Shown here in pieces: positions 43,914 to 52,738 of a DNA stretch of 64,000 nucleotides. The notes below the pieces were generated by a model that saw only the letters and a list, made by a program, of their open reading frames with translations, was not told where the DNA came from and did not search any database. Source of the stretch: Myxococcota bacterium (GTDB taxonomy: Bacteria; Myxococcota_A; Polyangia; Polyangiales; Houyiibacteriaceae); assembly GCA_039030515.1 (NCBI GenBank), contig JBCCEA010000020.1, positions 1 to 64,000 of the forward strand, given 5' to 3'. Both the position numbers and the translations under genes were made by a program. Numbering within the stretch: the first letter of the stretch is position 1; each line of letters begins with the position of its first letter.

Positions 43914-44374
43914 TTCAAAGTCCGATGCCTTCCCAATGCGAATCTGCACCCGCTCTGCACCCGTTGGTCTTGCTGGTCGACGACAACGAGGACGATCGGT
44001 GGTTGGCCAAGCTGTGGCTAGAGAGACACGGTGCCAAGGTAGAAACCGCCAGCGACGGGGAGGAAGCCCTCAACGCGATATGCACACGAGATTACGACTT
44101 GGTACTCCTAGATATCGACATGCCGAAATTGACAGGACTCGATGTGCTCGATCGATTGCGGGCTCAGGCCTGCGGAAAGCGGCAGCAGCCTGCTGTGGTC
44201 GTACTTACGGCGTCAGACGCACCAACAGATCGAAAACGAGCTGCGGTGTATCCAAGGCTTCAGGGCTACCTTGTCAAACCTTTGGATCGAAACTCAGTAC
44301 GAAACGTGCTGTCGGCAGTGCGGTGCATCGATGACGACCGTTCAAGCAAACCGGGGTCTTGCGAAGAGGCATAG
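43910..44374 (+). CDS. Single-domain response regulator
   Basis: LLVDD, LVLLDIDMP, VLTAS, YLVKP; overlaps the kinase stop. Confidence 0.9.
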   Translation: MIQSPMPSQCESAPALHPLVLLVDDNEDDRWLAKLWLERHGAKVETASDGEEALNAICTRDYDLVLLDIDMPKLTGLDVLDRLRAQACGKRQQPAVVVLTASDAPTDRKRAAVYPRLQGYLVKPLDRNSVRNVLSAVRCIDDDRSSKPGSCEEA

Positions 44375-44455
44375 CGTATCACGGCTACCATAGCGCGTGA
44401 CGCTGGCCATCGTGCCCGGTCGGATGTAACGCCGCCATCGGTTGATGCCCGTAGC

Positions 44456-45697
44456 TTACTCTGCGGGACTGGATCGATGATCTGGAATGTCCGGACGAGA
44501 AGCCGATGCGTCGCCTGAGGCCGGCGCGAGCTCCTTGACCTTGAGCAGTTTGGCTGAAATGAGCGCCAGGGGAACCACGGCGACGCTAAACAGTGCTCCC
44601 ATCTTGGCAGACCCCTGAAGCACCGCATCGGTGAACGCCACTCCGGCCACAAAAAGAGCTACCGTAAGGCCCAAGCCCGCGATTAGACCGGCAACCGCAA
44701 GGCTTTTTCCGTTCATGCCCTCGGGTAGTTTAAATCCGGCTCGATCTGCCACCATCGAAAACAGGAAGATTCCGACCGACTTCCCAAGGATGAGCCCTGC
44801 GAGAACCGCCCAGGTCGCATGTCCGATCGAGGAGAGCTCGACTCCGGCGTTCGCGAGCCCGAATCCCGCCAAGCCGAAATCTACGAAAACTTTGAAGTCA
44901 TGCTCGAAGCGGTTGAGCGTGTCTGAATGAGCATGGTGATCATCCGCTGTCTCCGCGAACAGCCCCTCGTCGTGGGCACTCGCCGGCATGAAGGGCACGA
45001 CCGCCACGAGCGCAAGCGAGGGATGCAGGTGCGCGAAAAACAGACCGGCCCAGGAGAGCACACCGGGACCCAGCAAATAGGCCCAGTAGTTTTGGACGTT
45101 TTTCTTACGGAGCGCGTAGGCGAGGAGACACGCGACGACGACCAGTGCAAGCCAAACGGGGGCCACCGGATTGTGAGGATCCGGATAAAAGATAGCGATA
45201 ATCCCGAGTCCGATCGCATCGTCCGCTACCGCCAGCAGCAGCAGGAAGCTCACCGCGGGATGGGACGCCCCGAAACACAGACGGGCCACAAGCCAAGCGA
45301 GCGCGATATCCGTTGCTGTCGGAATACCCCAACCGTTTGCAATATCGCTCTGCCCCGAAATGGCGACATATAGAAGGTACACCGCTACCGGCCCAAAAAC
45401 CCCACCAAGCGTTCCCATCAGTGGATTGATCGCTTTTTTAGGTGGGTTGAGTGCTCCCCCCGGCAGCGCCGCCTCCGTGATCTCCTTGGCTGCGATGCCG
45501 AAAAACAAAGCCATGAAGAGATCGTTCATCACAAAATGGAAGTTGAGGTGGCTGTCTTCCCCAAGCGGCGAGAAGTGAATGAAGTGGTGGTAGCCGTGAG
45601 GGTCGACGTTTGCCCAGATCAGTGCTCCGAGCACTCCGCCGATCAGTGGAATGGAAAACTCTTGCAGCAGCTTCAGCGTGTGTTGTGGGCTAGGCAT
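44456..45697 (-). CDS. nhaA: Na+/H+ antiporter NhaA
   Basis: MNDLFMALFF, GWGIPTATDIA, LLLAVADDAIG, FGLANAGV, GLGLTVALF. Confidence 0.92.
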   Translation of the reverse strand: MPSPQHTLKLLQEFSIPLIGGVLGALIWANVDPHGYHHFIHFSPLGEDSHLNFHFVMNDLFMALFFGIAAKEITEAALPGGALNPPKKAINPLMGTLGGVFGPVAVYLLYVAISGQSDIANGWGIPTATDIALAWLVARLCFGASHPAVSFLLLLAVADDAIGLGIIAIFYPDPHNPVAPVWLALVVVACLLAYALRKKNVQNYWAYLLGPGVLSWAGLFFAHLHPSLALVAVVPFMPASAHDEGLFAETADDHHAHSDTLNRFEHDFKVFVDFGLAGFGLANAGVELSSIGHATWAVLAGLILGKSVGIFLFSMVADRAGFKLPEGMNGKSLAVAGLIAGLGLTVALFVAGVAFTDAVLQGSAKMGALFSVAVVPLALISAKLLKVKELAPASGDASASRPDIPDHRSSPAE

Positions 45698-45850
45698 CTC
45701 TTGCTTCCGATGTTTGCGCCGATTGAGCGGCAGACGTGAATGAAAAGTCCCGGAAGGCTCGGACGTCCTCCGAGCTCGAGCGAAGGTATCAAAGTTTTGG
45801 CAAGTAACGAAGACTTGGTCTTGACCTCGGTGTCCGCTAACTGTGAAACG

Positions 45851-46756
45851 ATGACAAGCGAGCCACCTATCCTAACCAAAGATCACGGCGCAGTTCGGGA
45901 GATTTGCCTCAACCGGCCGAAAAAAAAGAACGCTTTTTCTCTCGAACTCGCGAACGCGTTTCGTGATGCGTTGATTCAAGCGAGCTCAGACGAAACATGC
46001 CGGGTCCTATTCGTTCGAGGGTCGGGCGATATGTTCAGCGCCGGAGTGGATCTGAATGTATTCAGCCGTTGGACCGAATCGATCGACGGGTACAACAAAC
46101 TCCATGCCGCAGATGAACCCAGTGTCGCCGGCGACCCCAGCGCGGCCGACGACCCCAGCGCAGCCGACGACCCCAGCGCAGCCGACGACCCTTGGACCAC
46201 GATCTCTCAGATCGTTGCGGTTCACGAAACGGTGCGCAACTGCCCGAAACCCACCATCGCGTGCGTGCATGGAAAAGCCGTCGGGATGGGAATGACCCTT
46301 CTGCCTCACTTTGACCTGGTCTACGCCGCAAACGACGCATCGTTCCGAGCGGCCTTTGCCGATCTTGGATTGGTCGTGGAGCTCGGCAGTTCCTTCACCC
46401 TGCCCCGATATCTCGGTCCCAGTCGCGCACGTGAACTGGTGTACCGAGGCAGCCTTTTGACAGCGACCGAAGCTGCGCAGTGGGGTCTTGTAACCCGCCT
46501 CTTCGATCCGGAGCAGCTCGTTGCCGAGTCGCTGAGCATCGCCAAGGAGATCGCCCAGAAGCCGGCCAGCGCGTTGAGAGACTCTAAAAAGCTCTTTGCG
46601 ATGGTGGATGAATCGGCAATCCGTGAGGCGGCAAGCGAGGAACATAAGCTCTTGGCAGAGCGATGCCGTAGCGAAGAGACTCGGGACATCATGCGCTCGA
46701 TTCTGTCAAAAACCCGGTCAAGCGGACAAAATCAGCAGAGTAAAAAAGGCGTTTAG
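45851..46756 (+). CDS. Enoyl-CoA hydratase/isomerase family protein
   Basis: LNRPKKKNAF, FSAGVDL, PKPTIACVHGKAVGMG, LGLVVELGSS; contains an 18-bp repeat insert. Confidence 0.9.
   Translation: MTSEPPILTKDHGAVREICLNRPKKKNAFSLELANAFRDALIQASSDETCRVLFVRGSGDMFSAGVDLNVFSRWTESIDGYNKLHAADEPSVAGDPSAADDPSAADDPSAADDPWTTISQIVAVHETVRNCPKPTIACVHGKAVGMGMTLLPHFDLVYAANDASFRAAFADLGLVVELGSSFTLPRYLGPSRARELVYRGSLLTATEAAQWGLVTRLFDPEQLVAESLSIAKEIAQKPASALRDSKKLFAMVDESAIREAASEEHKLLAERCRSEETRDIMRSILSKTRSSGQNQQSKKGV
46107..46191 (+). repeat. In-frame 18-bp tandem repeat (about 5 units, AADDPS)
   Basis: CAGCCGACGACCCCAGCG-like units seen directly. Confidence 0.88.
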
Positions 46757-46766
46757 TGCTGGTTTT

Positions 46767-47960
46767 ATGTTCGAACTACAGTCGACTAAGTTTGAGTCCA
46801 CGCGGTCTTCGTTTCAGCTGCAGAACTTCTCCGTAGTTCGATACGGTCTCGCCATATTGCTGATGTCGGGTTCCGGGTGCGGGGCCGGCAAACGTTCGCC
46901 AAGGCAAAGCATGGCGGCGTCGGGAGAGGGGACCGTGCTTGAACGGCAGACTTCGGTGTCGGGAGAAACTTCGATGCCGCGAGAGACCTCAAGCTCACAG
47001 GAGGTTTTGAGTGCAAACAGGCCCACTCGCGAAGCCGCTGAGGAGCCGGCGAACGCGCTGACTCCACATCGGCCGGAGGAGGCAGCACAGCCCGTCGTGA
47101 CCTCGAGCACATCCCTCGGCAGTCCAAACGCTGGGAGCCTTGCGGAAGGCGCAGCACTGCCTCTGAAAGGACCTGGCTTCCGGTTTCGCCCAGGCCGAAA
47201 TCTCGACGCACGATTTGGCACCGATGAGCTCGTACGCGCTCTTGTCCGGGCGGCGCTCCGAGTGCACCGTGAGATGCCCGGCGCGGAGCTCTATGTCGGC
47301 GACCTGAGCCATCCACACGGAGGACCGATTCGTGGCCACGGATCCCACCAGAATGGTCGGGATGTCGACCTGCTTTTTTACTACCTCGATGAAGAAGGGG
47401 CGCCCTTGCCCCCCGTCGCCGCTCCGATCGACCCGCGCGGTATTGGAATCGACTTCAGAGATCTCGAAGATCCCGAAGACGACATCGCCATGCACCTCGA
47501 CGTTCCTCGCACTTGGCTCCTAATTCAGTCCCTGCTGGAGCAGCCGGCGATCTCGGTGCAGCGCATCTTCATTGTGGAGCACATTCGATCGATGCTGCTC
47601 TCCTATGTTCGTCAAATCAGCGTTCCAGCGGAGACGGTGCTGCTCTTTGAACACGTCACCTGCCAGCCACGCTACCCTCATGACGACCATATTCATCTGC
47701 GTATCTATTGCGCTGCAGAGGACATTTCAGACGGATGTAGAGACACAAGCCCCGTGTATCATTGGCACCGGCAAAGACTGGCGAGCAAGGGAGCGTCGGT
47801 CGTGCTGGCGGATCGAAGACGGCGGACTCGACCGCAGATTACGACCGCAAAGCAGGCGCGGGAGGCGGCTGGGCCGATGCATGCAGACGTGGTGCGCTTT
47901 TTGTCCGAACGCGAAAGCTGGATGACGGCTCCTCGAACCGGTAGGCCTTATTGTCGCTAG
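46767..47960 (+). CDS. Penicillin-insensitive murein endopeptidase (MepA-like)
   Basis: SLGSPNAGSLAEG, VGDLSHPHGG...HGSHQNGRDVD, HDDHIHLRIYC. Confidence 0.88.
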   Translation: MFELQSTKFESTRSSFQLQNFSVVRYGLAILLMSGSGCGAGKRSPRQSMAASGEGTVLERQTSVSGETSMPRETSSSQEVLSANRPTREAAEEPANALTPHRPEEAAQPVVTSSTSLGSPNAGSLAEGAALPLKGPGFRFRPGRNLDARFGTDELVRALVRAALRVHREMPGAELYVGDLSHPHGGPIRGHGSHQNGRDVDLLFYYLDEEGAPLPPVAAPIDPRGIGIDFRDLEDPEDDIAMHLDVPRTWLLIQSLLEQPAISVQRIFIVEHIRSMLLSYVRQISVPAETVLLFEHVTCQPRYPHDDHIHLRIYCAAEDISDGCRDTSPVYHWHRQRLASKGASVVLADRRRRTRPQITTAKQAREAAGPMHADVVRFLSERESWMTAPRTGRPYCR

Positions 47961-48006
47961 CTCGGCAACTATCTACGTCTGCCGACCCTCCACGTCCGCT
48001 CGCGCT

Positions 48007-48714
48007 CTAAGGAAACATCGCCACCCGCATGCCGCAACCGAAGGAGGTCGCGTAGGAAAACAACGCACCTTGATCTTGGATACTCCCCGGTACGGTGGCG
48101 GCATCGACGCGAGCATGCGCAAAGAACGTAAGCTCCTCGATGGGCCTTAGCTGCAGTCCGACACCGAGCGATCCTCCTGAGCCGGTGAGAACCCCAAACC
48201 GCTTGAGATAAGCGCCTCGGATGTAAAGAGACACCAAGGCGTCGGACGAGGTCTCGATGCGCAACCCGAGCGTCGTTTGTCCGAAATCGAGGCTCGACCT
48301 CGGAGCATAGGCGATGCTGGCTTCCAGACTAAACAGCCCATAGCCGATGCCGCCGACGCCGCGGATCATCGAGGTGGAAAATCCATTCACGGTGCACCCG
48401 TCGCTGCTGCCGTCAGAGCAGACGGGAGAGACATCCGATGTGGATACGAAATCGACGATCACACGATCGTAAGCCAGCTCAAGGCTTAGGTTTATCGGAA
48501 TCCCGTCATCCTTGTCGAATGTCGCCACTTCTTCGTTGGCTTGCGCAACACCAGTGCTTACTGGAAGCGAAAACATACCAAAAAGCAAAACGGACACCGC
48601 GAACCAGAATCCCACACCACGAAAAACGACAGCACGACCGACTACGTGAAGGGGAGCATCAGACGATCCCTTGGAACTTCCTTTAGCAACCACCAAAGAC
48701 CTCGAAATCACCAA
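48007..48714 (-). CDS. Hypothetical exported, beta-barrel-like protein
   Basis: Hydrophobic signal ending VAQA; alternating amphipathic strands; C-terminal GMRVAMF. Confidence 0.6.
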   Translation of the reverse strand: MVISRSLVVAKGSSKGSSDAPLHVVGRAVVFRGVGFWFAVSVLLFGMFSLPVSTGVAQANEEVATFDKDDGIPINLSLELAYDRVIVDFVSTSDVSPVCSDGSSDGCTVNGFSTSMIRGVGGIGYGLFSLEASIAYAPRSSLDFGQTTLGLRIETSSDALVSLYIRGAYLKRFGVLTGSGGSLGVGLQLRPIEELTFFAHARVDAATVPGSIQDQGALFSYATSFGCGMRVAMFP

Positions 48715-49018
48715 AGCTTCAACCTCTTGCCGAGAACTCGAACTCTCTCATCCACGAGCCGGACATTCCTACCGCCAAATGCCGCCGAATCTCTCTCGCA
48801 TCGAGCCTCGCCGCCTTTTGAGTATCTTCAAACGCGTGATCCATCGAGCGACCATACTCACCAGAGGCACATGGAGGTTTTCGGCCCATCCTTCGCTTAG
48901 ACGTGCTCTAGGCGTGGAATCATCGACGTACAAGATGCATCTCGGTCCGAAATATTGGGGCATCTCACTCCCCGCTCGATGCGACTCTCCCTATAACCTA
49001 TCCTATATTTCTTCAGCG

Positions 49019-51472
49019 ATGGATTCTATCTTAGGCAGAATTTCCCAATTTGAGAGACCGCGGCCGACCGACACGGGCGGTTGCGAGCGATACTCGGGTC
49101 TGAACCTCGTTCGATCTCAGCGTTCGCTCCGGGCCTTGTTTCTTTTTCTGGCGGGCTACCTTCCCCTCATGTCCGGCTGCGACGAGTCGCCCGGTTCGGG
49201 ACTGGCGCCGGACGCGACTGCTCAGCGAGGTGAGCTCTCTGCGACCGTGTCGCCTGCGGCAGGGATGACCAACGTAAACCTCAAAGACCCTATCGTCGTG
49301 ACCTTTTCAGAGCCGGTGCTGCCAAGTCAGATCGACGCCACCGTGCGCGTACTGGCAAACGGTCGTGAACTTTCATACGAGACCGAGTATTCCGGTGAAG
49401 GCCGGATATTTCAGCTACAGATCACGGAGCCTCCGGCGCTGCCTGCAGAAATCCGCATTGAGATCGATGCGGCTGAGCTTGGAAAGACCGGAGCATACTT
49501 CGAAGGCCTGAACTCGTTCTTTCTCGCACCACTTTTTCTACCGCTCGCTTCGCAACCAAACGGGACGCCTGCTGCGGTCGTCGTCGATGCATCAGGCGCC
49601 CTTCGGACAGCCTCGGTCCACAGCGATGGAGTCGTGTTTTATTCACTGGGAGCGAACGGCTGGGAGGAGCTTGCATCTCTAGACCTCGAGATCGGGAGCC
49701 CGATCGGCACGCCTGAGCTACTCCAAGGTAGCTCGTGGTTCTTGGTTTTCTTGGAGCGCGACAGCGACACCCTTGTCGTCATCGAGCAAACGGACGAGGG
49801 CCTAAAACGCGTTGAACAGACGGTCAACGCCACCGACTTCGCCCATACCCACTCGGATGCGCTTGGAACGGTCTTCGCAGTCTCAGATGGTGCAAGCGTG
49901 TCGTTTCTCGACGAAACCCTATCGCCGCATGAGCAGCTGCCTCCTTCCATAGAGCGGATGCATCGAGCGCTTCACGTCACCGCGGATGAGGACGGGCTCA
50001 TCTCAGTCCTGATCGACGATGAGGGTCGTCTACACACCTACCGTTCCAGCGCTTCAGGACACGAAGAACTCGGTGCCGTCGGTTTCGGCGCCGAGGTGGG
50101 CGGCGTCGCCCTCTCAGACGCTCGGAGCGCGAATGTCCTCCTAAGCTGGTCCGAGGGTCCCTATGCCTACGTCGCCGAATTGAACGACAACGTTTGGGTC
50201 ACCCTGGACCAGACGTTGCGCGCACATCAATTTGGGGAAGAGGACGCGTTACCTATCGCGGTCCGGTCCCATTCCGAGACCGTTCGTCATCTGCTGCTCA
50301 GACAGGGCACTTTCCTTTTCGCAGTCGACCTCAACACCAATCGATTTCTCGGTGCTGCACTGTCGTCAGACGAAGCGACCGGAGGCACGCTGGAATACCT
50401 GCCGGACGGTTCCCTAGTTCTCTCTTTGGACAACAGTTCAAATCCACTGCAACTTAACTTTGCCCAGCCCTCGTACGGTCTCGCACCACTGCCGGAGAAA
50501 ACCCCTTGCGCTCTACCAGCTGACACAGACCCAGCGTTTCCGCAGACCCTCGCCATGACCGGATGCTATGCGAGCACCGACACCCAAACCCCAACTGAGG
50601 GCGCCCTTTACTATGAGATCGCCTCTCCACTATGGTCGGACGGCACCCTCAAACGACGATTTCTTATACTCCCGAGCAACACCTCGATCACGGTACAAGA
50701 CAACGGAGACTGGGACTTTCCGGTAGGAACCGTAATTCTCAAGGAGTTTTGGCTTGAAGGACAGGCAGGTCCGTTTCCCATCGAAACGCGGGTCATGATC
50801 CACCGTTGCAGCCTGGGCAGCTGCATCGATCCATGGCAGGGATATTCCTACATATGGAACGAAGAAAGTACCGACGCTGCACTACTTTCGCTAGTAGATG
50901 GAGTGCAGCCAGTGCTTTGGGAGGTCGACGGGTCGAGCTTTCAGCATGACTACCCAGGTCGGAACACCTGCAACCAGTGTCACAATCCGTCGATGGGTAG
51001 CGTTCTGGGGCTCGAAACGCGTCAGATGAATCTGAACACCAACTACGGGGGGATAGCCGACAACCAACTACGCGCCTTCGCTGCCGCGGGTGCATTCGGT
51101 CCGGAGCCTCCCGACTTTGGTTCAGTACCCGGCTACCCCGACCCAACCGACGGAAGGTCAGGACTCTACGAGCGAGTTCGCAGTTATATGCACACAAACT
51201 GCGCCCACTGTCACAACCCCAACAGCTTCCAGGGCCTTGCTTCGCAGAGCGACTTTCGTTTCGATGCGAGTCTGCCGGAGTCGAGCCTATGCAGCTATGT
51301 GGATCCAGGCAACGTCCTCGCTTCCCAAATCTACGCAAAAGTGAGCGTGCGCGCTCCCGCGCAGCCTGTTGGCGGCGGAAATCCCATGCCTCCAGTCGCA
51401 ACCCAACTCGTAGATGCGCAGTGGTTGAATTTGCTGGGGGGTTGGGTAAGCGGCCTCACCGCCTGCCCCTAG
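49019..51472 (+). CDS. Lipoprotein with Ig-like (Big_5/SbsA) domain fused to an SO2930-type diheme c cytochrome domain
   Basis: Lipobox MSGC; VSPAAG..NV...PIVVTFSEPV; SPLWSDG..KRRF, FPVGTVILKEF, IETRV; two CxxCH (CNQCH, CAHCH); terminal MPP. Start uncertain (track start 48671). Confidence 0.8.
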   Translation: MDSILGRISQFERPRPTDTGGCERYSGLNLVRSQRSLRALFLFLAGYLPLMSGCDESPGSGLAPDATAQRGELSATVSPAAGMTNVNLKDPIVVTFSEPVLPSQIDATVRVLANGRELSYETEYSGEGRIFQLQITEPPALPAEIRIEIDAAELGKTGAYFEGLNSFFLAPLFLPLASQPNGTPAAVVVDASGALRTASVHSDGVVFYSLGANGWEELASLDLEIGSPIGTPELLQGSSWFLVFLERDSDTLVVIEQTDEGLKRVEQTVNATDFAHTHSDALGTVFAVSDGASVSFLDETLSPHEQLPPSIERMHRALHVTADEDGLISVLIDDEGRLHTYRSSASGHEELGAVGFGAEVGGVALSDARSANVLLSWSEGPYAYVAELNDNVWVTLDQTLRAHQFGEEDALPIAVRSHSETVRHLLLRQGTFLFAVDLNTNRFLGAALSSDEATGGTLEYLPDGSLVLSLDNSSNPLQLNFAQPSYGLAPLPEKTPCALPADTDPAFPQTLAMTGCYASTDTQTPTEGALYYEIASPLWSDGTLKRRFLILPSNTSITVQDNGDWDFPVGTVILKEFWLEGQAGPFPIETRVMIHRCSLGSCIDPWQGYSYIWNEESTDAALLSLVDGVQPVLWEVDGSSFQHDYPGRNTCNQCHNPSMGSVLGLETRQMNLNTNYGGIADNQLRAFAAAGAFGPEPPDFGSVPGYPDPTDGRSGLYERVRSYMHTNCAHCHNPNSFQGLASQSDFRFDASLPESSLCSYVDPGNVLASQIYAKVSVRAPAQPVGGGNPMPPVATQLVDAQWLNLLGGWVSGLTACP

Positions 51473-51476
51473 CACC

Positions 51477-51690
51477 CGCGGCCGGCAAGAGGCGCCACAA
51501 AGCCGCTTACCGTCTCGCGCCTCGTCGTCAGGTACCTTAGTACCCTCCTCCTCGTTGCTTCGGGGGCGCTGGCTTTCTGACACCTCTTGCCGGCCGCGTC
51601 CGCGGCCGCCCAGGCACGCCACAGCTCCGCTTACCGTCTCGCGCCTCGTCGTCAGGTACCTTAGTACCCTCCCGCTCGGCCCAGCGGGCC
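51477..51690 (-). repeat. Second cluster of the same structured repeat family (one full hairpin unit plus one partial, 124-bp period)
   Basis: 51477-51598 is closed by CGCGGCCGGCAAGAGG/CCTCTTGCCGGCCGCG; the core reverse-complements to the 36.9-kb core. Confidence 0.85.
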
Positions 51691-51726
51691 TCGCGGTTTT
51701 CGACCACACGCGATAGGTCATGAAGG

Positions 51727-52725
51727 TCAGCGTTCACTGTCGAGAAATGCCCGAAACGCACCCAGCAACTCGTTTGCCGCGAGGGTCGGGGGCAGCTCTC
51801 CCGATGCGACCTTCGCCTCTATGCCCGGCGTCACCTCGCGTACGTTCCATGCGCTCTTGAGCTCGTAACTCAGGGAATCTTCGACCAGTCTCCACATCCA
51901 GCGCACAGCTTGCCGTCCTCGCAGCTGGTTCAACTCGGTTTCGAAACGATTGCGGTGTGTCTGAATCGCCTCCCAGAGCTCTCGAAGCCCTGTACCTGCC
52001 CGTGCACTGCATGTTTGCACCGGCGGCATCCACTTATCTTCACCCGCACGCAACAAACGCAGGGCAAGCTCGTATTCCCTACGTGCACGCTGAGCAGCCA
52101 GTACGTTGTCCCCGTCTGCCTTGTTGACCGCGACCATGTCGACGACTTCCAGAATACCGCGCTTAATTCCCTGAAGTCCGTCACCGGCTCCTGCCAGCAT
52201 CAGACCCAGAAGAAAGTCGACCATCTCGGACACCATGATTTCAGACTGCCCTACGCCCACGGTTTCGACGAGGACCACGTCAAAGCCAAAAGCTTCGCAG
52301 AGCAACATCGACTCCTGAGTCTTTCGAGCCACACCGCCGAGGGTGCCGCCCGTGGGCGATGGACGAACAAACGCAGACGGATCACGAGAAAGCCGCGGCA
52401 TGCGCGTTTTGTCTCCGAGAATGCTCCCACCGGAGATTGTACTGGAAGGGTCCACGGCAAGAACCGCAACTTTGAAGCCTTCTTCAGTAAGCAGCGTTCC
52501 GAACGCATCGATGAACGTGCTCTTGCCCACCCCGGGCACCCCGGAAACACCCACTCTGTAGGCGCGCCCACCGAGCGGTAGCGTGCGGGTGATAATTCGA
52601 GACGCCAGCGCTGCATCGGAAGCACGTTCACTCTCGACCAGCGTGATCGCTCTCGCCAGCACGGATCGATCGCCCGAAGTGATACCCTCGACATAAGCAT
52701 CTTCGCTTAGGACCCGTTTACGCAC
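51727..52725 (-). CDS. meaB: Methylmalonyl-CoA mutase-associated GTPase MeaB/ArgK
   Basis: LARAITLVES, GVPGVGKST, LAVDPSS..SGGSILGDKTRM, VETVGVGQSE, NKAD; likely start GTG 52725. Confidence 0.95.
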   Translation of the reverse strand: MRKRVLSEDAYVEGITSGDRSVLARAITLVESERASDAALASRIITRTLPLGGRAYRVGVSGVPGVGKSTFIDAFGTLLTEEGFKVAVLAVDPSSTISGGSILGDKTRMPRLSRDPSAFVRPSPTGGTLGGVARKTQESMLLCEAFGFDVVLVETVGVGQSEIMVSEMVDFLLGLMLAGAGDGLQGIKRGILEVVDMVAVNKADGDNVLAAQRARREYELALRLLRAGEDKWMPPVQTCSARAGTGLRELWEAIQTHRNRFETELNQLRGRQAVRWMWRLVEDSLSYELKSAWNVREVTPGIEAKVASGELPPTLAANELLGAFRAFLDSER

Positions 52726-52738
52726 GCTCCGGCACCGT

